64,000 nt of DNA from Negaprion brevirostris (GCA_030324005.1 JARDVH010000193.1:28407574-28471573); one strand, 5' to 3'; numbered from the stretch's first letter, positions 13,188 through 25,599 are shown. Numbers and translations: made by a program. The notes: generated by a model from the letters alone, not told the origin.

Positions 13188-13493
13188 CATAACCAAGTTC
13201 TGCACGTATGAGGATGGTCTCAGCCAGGATCTTGGGTTCATGTCACATTACATGTAACCCCCCACCATTTGGCCTGGGCTTGCAAAATCCTACTTGTTTC
13301 TGTCTCTGCCTATATATGTCATGTCTGTATCTCTGCCTATGTACGCCGTGTTTGTGAACCCACCTCTCCATTCACCTGATGAAGGATCAGCGCTCTGAAA
13401 GCTTGTAATTACAAATAAACTTGTTGGACTTTAACCTGGTATTGTGAGACTTCTTACTGTGCCCACCCCAGTTCAACACTGGCATCTCCACAT
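13188..13493 (+). mobile_element. Penelope-like element 3'/pseudo-LTR fragment
   Basis: KFCTYEDGLSQDLGFMSHY (GIY-YIG C-terminus), hammerhead core and AATAAA. Confidence 0.88.
13373..13406 (+). ncRNA. Minimal hammerhead ribozyme motif (Penelope-associated)
   Basis: CTGATGA-aggatcagcgctct-GAAA-GCTT: conserved core with palindromic AGCT after GAAA. Confidence 0.65.
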
Positions 13494-13894
13494 CAGAGCC
13501 TTTATTCCTTGAGAGGCCAAAAATATGTCTAAGTCAACCTTAAATATATTCAGTGATGGAACATATGCAAATCTCTGGTGCAAACAATGATCTGGTTTCC
13601 TTACACACTTTAATGCTTCCATCCCACACTTAAATTTACTTTTGAGATGGAGCAATCTAACTGGCACTCTTTCTTTGACATTACCAGCCCACTAGTTTAC
13701 CTCTCAGAATCATCTTTTCTCGAGAAAAGATCCTCAGCCTGGTAATTCCTTCCTGATGGTGGTATTCTCCCAGTGCCGATAGAATTTCAGTAAATCATTT
13801 TTGCACTTTCTCAAGTTCTTCTCATCTTTATTCTATATCCATTTTACTATTTGGAGACCAGAACTGAACACAATATTCCATGGTCTTAAATGCC

Positions 13895-14097
13895 ACTTAT
13901 GAGAACCCTTTAAAGTTAGACAAGTGCTGAGAAAAAAATGTGGATCTATATATGCCGTTCATTGCCCTAACTAAAGATTTCACATTGTGAATCGATATGG
14001 GCTAAGGCATTAGCTCTCCAAGCAAGGGTATCTGAACAAGTTTGTCAAAATCCTACTGTATGATGGCCTGGTTGAAGAAGTTTGTGCCTGAGGTGAG
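13895..14097 (+). mobile_element. RTE-clade LINE RT fragment (5' part), interrupted by the LTR element
   Basis: Decayed translation KC.EKNVDLYMPFIALTK...FVKILLYDG resembles RTE EKCREQ..LY..FIDLTKAFD...HDGM. Confidence 0.65.
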
Positions 14098-15031
14098 TGT
14101 AATAAAAGGATCTGGCACATACAGGGTTAATGTGGAACTGAGCACAGTATTGCCCACACAGTGATATAAGGAAACACATGACCCACTCTGATGGATCAGT
14201 TTACTGTTGAACAGAGCTGTGTGCACATGCAAGCATGGAGAGAACTCCGAGCTTGAACCATTTACTATATATATTACCCTTTATATATATGTACACACAC
14301 AGACACATACAAAGCTCTTGTAGTTAATAAATACTTACAGTTAACCTATTTAAGACTATGAAGCCTTCATTAAGACCAACCGAACAACATCCAATACCCT
14401 ATAACATGGGAGTGGTGAATGGAAAAACCCAAAACTTCGTAAAAGGTGCAGAGAAAAACAGGAATCCTGCAAGAAAGAACAATTTGAAGAAGCTTTATGA
14501 GCTGAAGGAAAACTCAAGAAGCTGATGTACTAAGGAAACTTGCTGGGGAAAAACTCTAAAGAAGGCTTGGAAGTAGAAGACAGAAATTTAAAATTTCTCA
14601 TTGCAGCAGAGGATTCCAAGGGATCCAAGTTTACCTTCAATTCCCAGAGTGCAAAGTCAGCAGACTTAGCAGGGGTGAGCTAAAACTTTTAAATTCCAGG
14701 ATGCAGAAAGTCCTGACATTTTTAAAAATAGTTCACTGGTCAAAAGTTCCTGTTTAAAAACTCAGTTGGAAAGCCCTGATTCTCAATTCAGTCCAAGCTC
14801 ATTCTGAGAAGGGAAAATAATTTAATTAATTAATTCAGAAGAATTGCAACTAAAGAATCAGCTTTAAAGACCAACAAAGGCCAGGATTTGATGCTTTCAT
14901 GACCATAAAGCAAAGTGCTGAAATTGAGCCTGCAGCTAGTCAATCCGAACAGGCATTATTTATTTAAAATGTTTTGAAGGTTTCATTGCAGCAGGAGCCC
15001 ACCAAAGCTGATAAGAGTGGGTAAACCCTTT

Positions 15032-15164
15032 GGGTGGGATTTTCTGCTGCGCTCACCCCAAAACAGGAAAATACTGCCTGAGGTCAATGGCCCTTTGCAT
15101 AGCCTGCCCTCCTGCCCCCCGCCCGCTACGATTCCCACAGTGGGCGGGATGGGAAAATTCCCCG
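15032..15164 (+). mobile_element. Short PIF/Harbinger-type MITE
   Basis: TIRs GGGTGGGATTTTC...GAAAATTCCCC; same family as the 27265, 55720 and 18340 copies. Confidence 0.8.
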
Positions 15165-15589
15165 ATCTGTCTTCAATTGAATTGCAGTGCCATCTTGAAT
15201 TTCAGTAACTTCTTAAAGTTGAACTTACACTTCAAAACTTTTTAACCATGGATCATAAATCCACTCTTCCAGATCAATTTGGACTTATCCAAGGCTTGGG
15301 AGAAAAAGATTCTTTACATACATGATGGCTTCAGGTCTAGATAAAAAGATAGAACCTCAACAAGTCAACACATTGCTTTACTCAAGAGGACCGATAGTGG
15401 GTGTTATTATTGCCAGATAAGGTTCAATGAATTATCTGCTAAACTTGAAGAAGTACTAAAATAATTCAAAGTTATTTTAAACTAAAAAGCAACAGAATCC
15501 CCATAAGGGCTAAATGTAATAACTATCTTGACTCAATCACTAATGACTGTACAGGATGGTTGAAAGCTGTGAATATTGTTATCTACAAT

Positions 15590-15977
15590 CTGAAAACTTC
15601 AGGGATGAAACATTGCTGGAATAAGATGTTATTGGTAGAAACTTTTCATTTTGTACTCATCAGGACATTCACAAGAATACAATGGAAGGGAAATCAACAA
15701 ATTCATGCTGTCTGGGAAGAGAGTGCTGATTGGTTGGCAAGTAGACACTGATTGGTGGAGGTGTTGCCATGGAGAATACACCAGTTGATGGTGACTGATG
15801 GAACAAAATAATGAAAGTCATCTGCTGGTTCATTGCTCAGGGCAAAGCTTTGACTAATCAGAGGCTAGCTGCCTAGTTTAAACAACACTTGGCAGTGCAC
15901 TATCAGTCGCCATTAACTGCTGCATTCTCCATGACAACACCTTTACCAATCAGAATCCACTTGCCAATGAATCAGAA
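15590..15977. mobile_element. Second Penelope-like family fragment in inverted arrangement
   Basis: Minus-strand hammerhead-like CTGATGA...GAAA at ~15640-15663; inverted repeat 15725-15798 / 15903-15975. Confidence 0.65.
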
Positions 15978-16439
15978 TGGAGGCTAGACAAAAGAGTAAT
16001 GAACAACCAGAAGAGCCTCAACCTTTGGCTCTGACAACTGTTAACAAGATCAACACTGCCACTACACAGTAAACTTCTCAATTCCCAGCCGGCATCACAG
16101 TGCTACGGGATGATGCTGGAACAAAGAAACAGCCTACACACCACACAGCCAAATGGAAAAGCCAACTTACTAAAAAAAAAACATATCCCCACGACAGGAA
16201 TGGATATCTTCCATCACAGAGGACATAAAGATGGCCCACAGGACAAAGGAAGACGATAAGTGGCATGGTGATGAACACATTGCTCAGGATGGAGCAACCA
16301 CTGCTGAGCTGTGTTGGCAAAAAGTGGTTCAGCACCAAAGAAAGGAAGAAGAAATGAAAAGATTCTCAGATGCCAGAACAACCTTCAAATGAACAATTTA
16401 CTAACAAAGAAAGAGCCTAGCACTCGGCCAGAAGTTCAA

Positions 16440-17020
16440 ACATGCCCAAACAGATCCTGTAGAATTTTTCGCTAACCTCCAGGAATCAGTATGGATATGT
16501 CCTGCCTTGTGGCAGCTAAAAGACACAATCTTCCTGGTCTGACTCCCCTTCTCATCAGCATCCTTCCTGGCCTCAGGAGGGCTCTCTATGTTTCTAGCTG
16601 TCCGTTCTGTCTCAGGGTGGGGGGTGGGGGGCTCAGTTTCCTATCATTCTTCCACCTTCTAGTCTCGGTTGGTTATGGGAGAGACTAGACTGTGGGATAG
16701 ATGTTTGCAGATAAGCTCATGATAATCAGCTCGAGTTACTGCCTGTCTGTCCCCTATAACTGTTCCTTTATGTGAGTTATGAAATAACTGTTCCTTTATG
16801 TGAGTTCTTGTTGGGAAGGGCGCAGGACACCTCATGGGAAACTACTTTACCAAGGCTTTCTCTGATAGCCTCAATTTTAAGCACCTGTACGAACTGGTCA
16901 AAAATGAACTGCAAACTCCAAGTACATTTGGTCAGGCTGTTTTCTGAAGATACTGAATATCTGATGGTACGCCTCTGGCACTAACTGCTATACAATTATT
17001 ATAGCTCTTTTTGCTGCCTC
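16440..17020 (-). pseudogene. Gmr1-like Gypsy gag remnant (SCAN-related capsid region plus zinc knuckle)
   Basis: Manual minus-strand translation gives YEAAKRAIIIV*QLVPEAYHQIFSIFRKQPDQMYLEF, FDQFVQVLKIE and SFSCHKAGHIHTDSW (decayed CCHC). Not in the ORF track because of stops. Confidence 0.75.
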
Positions 17021-17099
17021 ATAGCAAACTTAAGTACCTCAGCCCTTAAGCTTGAGCTAGGGATATCTTTAATGGGAACAGTGGGAGAGAGTGCAGCTT

Positions 17100-17362
17100 C
17101 TTTTGTCAGGAAAAAGATACAAAGATCTGAGGTCATGTACCAATCCACTCAAGAACAGCTTCTTCCCTGCTGCCATCAAAATTTTGAATGAACCTACCTT
17201 GCATTAAGTTGATCTTTCTCTACACTCTAGCTATGACTAACACTACATTCTGCACTCTCGTTTCCTTCACTATGAACAGTGTGCTTTGTCTGTATAGGGC
17301 GCAAGGAACATACTTTTCACTCTATGTTAATACATGTGACAATAATAAATCAAATCAAAAAT
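17100..17362 (+). mobile_element. Rex1/Babar-type LINE 3' end
   Basis: RSCTNPLKNSFFPAAIKILN followed by a 3' UTR with an aaatc tail. Confidence 0.78.
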
Positions 17363-17938
17363 CCAAACTTTATAAGAACAGTAAGCATGTGATGCTTCAC
17401 CATGCCAATGGGTTGATAGTTTTGTATGATTAATACAAAATAGCTGTTCATGCTTTCCTTCTAAACTGAAGAAGGGTTATGAGGGCAGGCAGGAAAGCAG
17501 ACTTAAACAGACCAGACATCATCTTATTGAATAGTAGGGTAGGCTGAGTGGCAAAATAGCCGACTGCAGCCAGTTCTTACCTTCTTATGAACCAAAGCTC
17601 ACCATAACCTCTTCCAGCTTCATACTTGGCTGATTGCTTATGCTACTATCTTTTTTTTATCTCCATGTACACAGCTAGGTGGAAAACCTGATGGAGTGCT
17701 TGGAACCAGAGATTGACCAGCGCAAAGGGCATGAGGTATTTATCGATTTCCAAATGATGTATTGATTAGAACCTTCAGATAAAATTCCATCGCGCCTTGT
17801 CCTGTTTTTAAAAAGACTATTTGGGAGAATGCATTTTGTTTCAAAAGCTAGCACTTAAGAAGTCATCTTTCTTGAAAACCTTTGTGGAAAAATGGCTAAA
17901 AATATCCTAATCATGAGTGTGAAGTTTGAGCCTGCCTT

Positions 17939-18096
17939 CACACACACACACACACACAAATACACAGACACCCACACACACCGCACATACACACACAAAT
18001 ACACAAAAACACTTGGACACACATACACGCACACACACGCCCACACAAAAAACACATGAACACACACACACACATGCAAATACACAAAAACACACA

Positions 18097-18144
<48 letters not shown>
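17939..18144. repeat. Compound (CA)n microsatellite
   Basis: Directly visible; explains the HT/CV-rich ORFs. Confidence 0.97.
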
Positions 18145-18148
<4 letters not shown>

Positions 18149-18806
18149 ACCCTATTTTACAATTNNNNNNNNNNNNNNNNNNNNNNNNNNNNNNNNNNNN
18201 NNNNNNNNNNNNNNNNNNNNNNNNNNNNNNNNNNNNNNNNNNNNNNNNNNNNNNNNNNNNNNNNAATGGCGGGGCAGGCTCGAAGGGCTAGATGGCCTAC
18301 TCCTGCTCCTATTTCTTATGTTCTTATGTTCTTATGACCCGAGACCCAAAAATCCCACCCAGCTCAATGGAGCTTCCCATTGTCCGCCCTCACCTGCTCC
18401 AGTTCCTGTGGCGTAGAATTCTGGCGATTGCGTCACTTACAATCTGTCCTCACTGACCTTAACCTGGCTGGTTATATTTCACCCATTGTGTATTTCCAAA
18501 GGGAGAGTGGCAGCCATTGTTTCAATATCCAGCACTTTGCATTTTAACATCTCTTCCCTAGACAGTGATGAGTTTTGATGGCTCATTGAATTATAAGAAA
18601 TATCCCTCTCTTCACACTCTCCTGAGGGTGACTTACTTGATTTTTCACCTTCCTCTTGGAAGATGACTTTGTGTTTTAAATAATTTGTTAGGTCTCATTT
18701 CAAATTGCAAAATTTCCAGTCAGTTGAAAAGTCATATTTTCAAAATAAAGGGCAGAGCCTCGTGACTATGATGACAATTCCTAGTTTGAAGTCTTTACTG
18801 TACATA

Positions 18807-19100
18807 GGATAGAATCCCTACAGTGCAGAAGGAGGCCATTTGGCCTATCGAGTCTGCACCGACCACAATCCCATCCAAGCCTCACTCCTGTAACCCCATG
18901 TAATCTGCCGCTAATCTCTGACACGAGGGGCAATTGAGCATGGCTAATCAACCTAACCTGCACATCTTTGGACTGTGGGAGGAAACCGGAACTGGAAGAC
19001 ATGGGGAGAATGTGCAAACTCCACACAGGCAGTGACCCAAGAATTGGACCCAGGTCCCTGGAACTGTGAGACAGCTAACCATTGTGCCACCATGCCACCC
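18807..19100 (-). mobile_element. HE1-type V-SINE inserted in a Gypsy LTR
   Basis: Full SINE; the flanks join into LTR sequence (tttactgtacata | atatgtgcatagctc). Confidence 0.88.
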
Positions 19101-19195
19101 ATATGTGCATAGCTCTTTTAGTTAATAAACACACACAGTTAAGACTATGAAGACTTTGTCAAAACTTAGCAAATGGTATCCAACACCCTACAACA

Positions 19196-19975
19196 GTCTC
19201 CAAATCTGTGTCTCCAAGGCTGAAGCTATGTTTCAGCCAGCAGCAGACACACACTATGATCCAGCAGACTGGTGGTGCAGTCTCAAGGTTGTTAAAAAAA
19301 AGTCTCATGGCAATGTGGTCTCCAGGGATGTCAATACAAAGCAAGTTTTAACTACTGCCAACTCCATGACTGTCAGAAAGCAAAGTGACCTTAGACTGAA
19401 GACTAAAATCAAATTCTACCAGGCCATGCTCCTTACCACCTCCTCACAGGCACCATATAGAAGCTCTGGAGCACTTCCACCAAAGGCATCTGAGGTCCAT
19501 CTTAAGAAGTTGATGCAGGAAAAAAATGACAAATGAATTGTTTTAACACACTGGGCTCAACAGCATGGAGAACACCCTTCAGAAAATTCAGCCAGGGTGG
19601 CTGGCCATAGCAACCCTTCGGATGGACAGTCCTCTCAGGATAAAGATGGTCAGTACAAAACGATACAAGAACACACTTTAAAACAAACAGCCTCTCAAAC
19701 CTTTGCACTGCAGGCCACCTCATTTAGGAAAATTCTGCAGCTGAGCAGCCTATTTGGAGGCAAGCACTGAAATTTGCTTCGAGGACCATCTACATCAGAC
19801 TCTCAACACCTGACATGCCCAAAGGAAGGCCAGAGGTGGCGCAGTTGCGAAGATCCTTCAAGCACCACCACCAACGTCAAAACAACCTGAACTTCAAGTT
19901 TTGTGGATATCCATGTTGATCTTGCATCAGACTCTTCAGTAATGAGTGGACCAACAGAAGATGATTGAAGTCACT
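19196..19975 (+). mobile_element. RTE-clade LINE 3' fragment
   Basis: DLRLKTKIKFYQAMLLTT matches the RTE motif TKLKVYxAVVLxT. Confidence 0.65.
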
Positions 19976-21009
19976 TACAGCTTGGACATACACAAAACAT
20001 GAGGAGTCCACCACCACATGAGAACACTTTCCATTTTAAGGTAGAATTGTTGTGATGGTATAATGGTGCATGGGGATTAATGCTGCCCAGGAAGCTGCAG
20101 TGATTTCTTTGTACTTTAGCAATCAAGTAGACCTGCATTAGTGAATCAGAACAATGTGTGGGATAGGTGATTGGAGACCAGGAATATCCATTGCTGCCCT
20201 AGTTATTGACATCTCTCTGATTTACGATCAGCAGCACAGGATAGTTATAAAGAGGGTAATAGAACCACTCAACTTGTAATAAAGCAATTGGAATTTTAAA
20301 AGTCCCATTTCAGATGTCTCAGTAGTGTGATGACACTAATCTCAGAGAAGGACCTTGAAGGACCAGCTTTTGACTTTATCTCATTTTTATTTACTGGCGC
20401 TGCTAGTAAATTTTTTCACATGCTAACACCAGAGGGGGCTGCAAGTAAGGAACTACTTGTCATCATTTTATGATATAGTGAAATATTTGCCTGGAGGCCC
20501 ACAGCTACTCTGAAACGGCTTATTTGGGCATTCGGTCAATTAGCAAACAGGCTCAGTTAAGTCTTCGGAAAGAATCGATGGAAGCAGGTGTTGTTGTTGC
20601 CATTCCAGAAGCCAGGACTATCCTTAGATCATTTTCTGGAACATTGCACAGTAGGACTCTCTAAGATTCTCACACACTCCAAGGTGGTCTACATGTCTTC
20701 ACAAAGCTTCCTTCACTGTGTTGAGATGTAGATTCTTCCAACGTATCCACCATGCATATGGTTTAATGGTTTCAACAGATGATGGTTCAAACATTCATTT
20801 ATGCTCAACCATGTGTATGGGGGTGAGGCAGCTTCTGGTATCCCAGTCACACACCCTGTGGCTGCAAGCCAATTAGAAATGCAGTCACTGTGCAAGCCTG
20901 CTCCAATGGCAATGTTCACTCAGTGATGGACCTTGTGGTTTCTGTCCTACTGGCTGTGTGTATGGGGTGGAAAGCTCTGTGCTGGTCTCCAAGGAGACTA
21001 CAAAGTATA

Positions 21010-22600
21010 TGGCTGGGATTTTATTGGCTCACCCCACCCATCGATGGGCACAGTGAACTGTTAAAATCGTGCAAGAGTTGAGAAATCAGGATCGAGCCCG
21101 ATTTCTTGGCTCTTGCGATCTTTTGAGAACTGGATTTCCGACGAGGTCAGCCTCTTGCAGGAAATGAATGAGAGGCTGAATTAATTACATAAATGTATTT
21201 GAATCCTATTTTACATGTGATTAGCGAACTCAGTGCTAGATTGCCTTTACAACCTTACCGGGAAAGCGCCTCGCCGGTGAGGAATAGACATGCTTCCCTT
21301 GGATGGGGAGCAGTTGTGCTGGACTCGCTGGTAGAAAGAGAAGCCACTGAGGCCCCCCAGGGAGGCCAAGGGTAATGGGGGGTGCCCTTTGGGCAGCACC
21401 AGCCTGGCAGCTTGGCAATGCCCACCAGGCTGTGACAGGGGTCAGGGCCTATGGGGAGCTGTGCCTATNNNNNNNNNNGGGTGTGCTGCCACTCTGCAGC
21501 TCCGATCAGTATGGGAGGAGGGGGCATGATTGGTCTGGGTGGCAAGGGGGGTGGCGGGGACTGCATTTCCGTGCGGCGTGGGCTCACCATTGGCTGCAGG
21601 CCCCCATGAATGCAGCGATTGTGTCTAGGTGCCTGCAACAACAGAGGCCTGAGAGCTCTCTCTACGCCTGTCAGACTCTCTGCTGTCACTATTGCACATG
21701 TGTACACACAGAGGTCTGCGCATACACAATAGCTCCCTCTGCAGGCTGGCTGGTGAATTAAGCCTGTCCACTACCTGTAGCGGCTAGAAGTGGTCTAGCC
21801 CATACTTTCAATGTCTAAATCCATAAGATTGGGAAAGCTCACCCAAAAAATGGATCTGTAACCCTCCCACATTCACATTAGCTGGACACTTGCGTCAGGC
21901 CCATTTTTGTGCGTGAAAACTTGGTAAAGTCGGGAGTGAGGCGATTAGTGCGATCTGCGCCCACGTCGTTTCGATGCCCACTTTACCAAGGCCTGAAAAT
22001 GGCCANNNNNNNNNNNNNNNNNNNNNNNNNNNNNNNNNNNNNNNNNNNNNNNNNNNNNNNNNNNNNNNNNNNNNNNNNNNNNNNNNNNNNNNNNNNNNNN
22101 NNNNNGCCCACGTCGTTTCGATGCCCACTTTACCAAGGCCTGAAAATGGCCACAATATGAACCGCCCTGAAATGGGCGCGAGGGCGATTTCAATGCATTT
22201 AAATTTGCATGCATTTACATTGTATTAATGGACTGCCTGTCCAACTTTACCAGCATTTCCCCCTTCGAAACAGACATGCTCGGCAAAGGTCTGTTTTGGG
22301 AGCTCCAGCTTCTGAAGAGGTAGGTTCAGAGCTTCCAATGGCTCTCTCACTCAGATTGGTGGTTGGACAAGGAGAGAGGCAGGTCAGATCATTCTCTGGA
22401 CAGGGGGAGGGAGGAGGGAGGCCAGATCATTCTCTGGACAGGGGGAGGGAGGAGGGAGGCCAGATCATTCTCTGGATGGGAGGAGGGAGGCGAGTCAGAT
22501 GTATCTCTGGTGGGAGAGGAGGAGGGAGGCGGGCCAGATTATTCTCTGGTGGGGGGGAGAAAGGGAGGCCAGACCATTCTCTGGTCCATAATACCTACAT
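21010..22600. mobile_element. GC-rich non-autonomous DNA transposon fragments (Harbinger-type)
   Basis: TIR-like start GGCTGGGATTTT; locally GC/CpG-rich and non-coding; related sequence at 23530-23990. Confidence 0.5.
22370..22586. repeat. G-rich minisatellite, ~39-nt unit GGCCAGATCATTCTCTGGACAGGGGGAGGGAGGAGGGA, about 5-6 copies
   Basis: Directly visible tandem repeats. Confidence 0.9.
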
Positions 22601-22712
22601 CTGCCAGTCTTGACTTAATTATGTGGCTTAAATCTGTCACAGCTGCTAAGCTTGGCATTAATCTTCTGAGCACTATTCCTTAATAATTCCCATATACCTT
22701 TGTTTGGAGTTG

Positions 22713-23047
22713 GAGGCAGTGGAGTAATGTTATTGTCATTGGACTAGTAACCCAGAGACCCAAGATAATACTCTGGGAGCCAGGTTCGAATCTCACCATG
22801 GCAAATGGTGAAATTTGAATTCAGTAAAAATCTGGAATTAAAGGTCAAATGATGACCACAAAATGATTTTTGTAAAAATCTATTTGATTCACTAATGCCC
22901 TTTATGAAGGAAATCTGAGGTCCTTACCTGGTCTGGCCTACATGTGACTCCAGACCGCAGTAATGTGGTTGACTCTTAACTGCCATCAAGGAAGGCCAAT
23001 AAATGCTGGCCTAGCCAGTGTTGCCTACATCCCATGGATGTATAAAG
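22713..23047 (+). mobile_element. Second tRNA-derived SINE family with a LINE-derived tail
   Basis: tRNA-like head with GGTTCGAATC box B; tail caataaatgctggcctagccag shared with the LINE 3' ends at ~46100 and ~49350. Confidence 0.82.
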
Positions 23048-23530
23048 AAATGTGTTGGGTACCATTTGGAATTTGCCATCTAAATTGTATGGCATCTTGC
23101 ATCATTGTTTTCCCTCTCTGTTCCTCAGCTAAGTGCAATGCAAGTAATGCACTGAATTCATTTCCCATGGTGTCTAACACAATCATTTCTGCAGATGATT
23201 AGTTGCAATTAGAATAAATCAGTTTGCAGCTACTGTTTCAATGTAAATTTTAAACTAAGGAAGTTAATACATATGAAATGGGAATATTGCAAAATAATAA
23301 TTATATCCGGGCTCCCTAGATAGCCCAAGCTCCCAGTAGATTGTTGTATTTTATTCTTTCATGAGAACAGTGCTTTGCTGGCTAGGTCAGCATTTGCTGC
23401 CCATCCCTTATTGCCATTGAGAAGGTGATGGTGAGCTACTTTCTTAAACCACTGCAGTCTGTGTAGTGCACTCATATCCACTGGATATTCTAAGATTTTG
23501 ACCCAGCCACAGTGAAAAAATGGTGATATA

Positions 23531-23990
23531 AGGCCTTATTTTACCATTTTGATTCTAAGTGGGAGGACTTGAAACTGGGAATGTTTCAGATCTGACTTTT
23601 AGATCCATTCTTAGGCGCCCCTATACGCATTCTGCCTAAAAAAAATCAGCAATTCTGAATTGTGCTAGAGAAGCCTTTGGGTGCAGCTTAACGCACCTGA
23701 AATCCTACAGCTCCGATTGGCGCCTCCAACTGCGCGTGTCCAGAAAAAAATTGATAGAATGCAGCTCTCCTGCCACATCACTCCCGGGTTGGATAATGCC
23801 TTCCCCACAGATATTGCCCCACCCCACAACATTACTGATCCCCTTATCCCCCCATCCATCCACCACCCAGACCAATTGTGGGCTCCTCTCCCCTCTTCCC
23901 TTTCACTGATCTCAGGCCGAGTGTCAGCGGGCCCTCCATGCCTCCATGTGCGAGCAGTCATGAATGATGCTGAACCTTGTACTCTCATTA
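23531..23990. mobile_element. Non-autonomous DNA transposon fragment
   Basis: Starts aggccttattttacc; GC-rich and similar in style to 21900-22330. Confidence 0.45.
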
Positions 23991-24797
23991 GGAAACATTC
24001 ATTCTGACCTCATGATGGAGAGGAGATCATTAATGAAGCAGCTGGAAATGGTTGGCCAGGTCCTATAACACCATTCAGTATTAGAATCCCAACGAACCAA
24101 TTGACCTTCATACCAATTTTACTGTAAATGTTAAAGTTGAATAAGATACAGGTGATCTGAAATTACTCACACCTAATATATATAAATAACTTGGGTGTTA
24201 ACCAACATCAACAGCAATTTCCAGCCTATAAATATTGGTGACTGATCCTCTAATCTACTGCTGTTTTGTAAGATATATACTTTTGTCATGCAAAATGAAT
24301 TGTCTGATTATGTCTGTGTGTGATATGAGCTAATTGGAACCATTGGCAATAAGGAATAGATCCTATCATAATTGGAAAATAGTTGTCTGAAATGAGAAAT
24401 GAAATTTTTTTTCCAAAAAGTCTTCAGACAGGCAGGTGGACAGGCAGTGAAAATTTTCTGTAGGTCTGCAGCAATGTTTCTTACCCTGGATTCCAATCTG
24501 AACTTGTTTTTTTATGAGCATACAAGTGGAATGTTGCTTGCAAAGTAATGGAGTACTTTTTTCAAGCCGGCAGTTTTGATGTCACTGATGTCACTGAGGT
24601 GTGATTGCTATTTTTATCAGTGGCCTACCTGGGGAAGTCATTGTGATGAACCACCAGACCACCCAGTGAGAATAGACGTTTTGGCCACAAAAGGCCCAGA
24701 ATGGCCTTTTTTCACCACTTGTGTGGGGCCAGTGGAGCAAGAGTGCTAAATTCCACAAGGAATGTTAAAGTTGTCTCTGCTACGGGCTTTCTCCTCT

Positions 24798-25413
24798 CAG
24801 TAAGAAGTCTCACAACACCAGGTTAAAGTCCATCGGGTTTATTTTGTAGCACCAGCCACTAGCTTTCGGAGCGCTGCCCCTTCATCAGGTGAGAGGGATT
24901 TCAGTTCACAAACAGGGCATATAAAGACTCAAACTCAATTTACAAAATAATGGTTGGAATGCGAGTAGTTACAGGTAATCAAGTCTTAAAGAAAATGCAG
25001 GTGGAGAGAGGGTTAAACACAGGTTAAAGAGATGTGTATTGTCTCCAGCCAGGACAGTCAGTGAGATTTTGCAAGCCCAGGCAAGTCGTGGGAGTTACAG
25101 ATAGTGTGACGTGAAACCAAGATCCCGGTTGAGGACATCCTCATGTGTGCGGAACTCGTCTATTAGTTGCTGCTCAGCGATTCTGCGTTGTCGTGTATCG
25201 TGAAGGGTGCCTTGAAGAATGCTTACCCGAAGAACAGAGGCTGACTGCCTGTGTCTGAAGTGCTCTCCAACAGGAAGAGAACACTCTTGCCTGGTCTTTG
25301 TCTCTTTATGTGCCCTGTTTGTGAACAGAACTCCCACTCGCTTGTGCTACTAAATAAACCTGTTATGAGATTTCTTACTGTGTTTACCCCAGTCCAACAT
25401 CAGAATCTCCACA
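24798..25413 (-). mobile_element. Penelope-like element fragment with GIY-YIG C-terminus and inverted pseudo-LTR piece
   Basis: ORF 25095-25337 SLPVGEHF...RVSILQG...RRIAEQQLI..FRTHEDVLNRDLGF; 25335-25413 is an inverted copy of the pseudo-LTR end. Confidence 0.92.
24855..24893 (-). ncRNA. Minimal hammerhead ribozyme, intact core
   Basis: Minus strand reads CAC-CTGATGA-AGGGG-CAGCG-CTCC-GAAA-GCTA-GTG. Confidence 0.75.
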
Positions 25414-25599
25414 CCTTTCTCCTCTCCCCAGAGGTACATATTAGGCATGATCTCACCATCCATTCATGCCACACTCTTGCTGCAGTGAAGATGGAGAATT
25501 TGGCGACAAGTCAAATCTCTATTCCCTGCAGCAGGATGGGAAGATTGCACTGGTGAGAACGGTCAGAAAATTCCGGACATTGTCTTCAAAAGAAGGCTT

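Larger units (their letters stand above)
14098..19195 (+). mobile_element. Second, more rearranged copy of the same Gypsy family
   Basis: 5' LTR 14098-14406 (TGTAATAAAAGGATCTGGCACATACAGGG...ATAACA); leader and gag 14407-15590 homologous to 2098-3330; 3' region 15980-16410 homologous to 5050-5500; partial 3' LTR ~18750-19195 split by a SINE. TSD not preserved. Confidence 0.78.

Noticed and set aside
17855-18337. His/Thr- and Cys/Val-rich ORFs
   Set aside because: Translations of the (CA)n microsatellite.
20600-20940. Possible second Harbinger transposase remnant on the minus strand
   Set aside because: Only faint motif resemblance; cannot be supported without an alignment.
22370-22586. CRISPR-like repeat/spacer appearance
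   Set aside because: The spacers are related G-rich tracts, the context is eukaryotic and there are no cas genes; it is a minisatellite.
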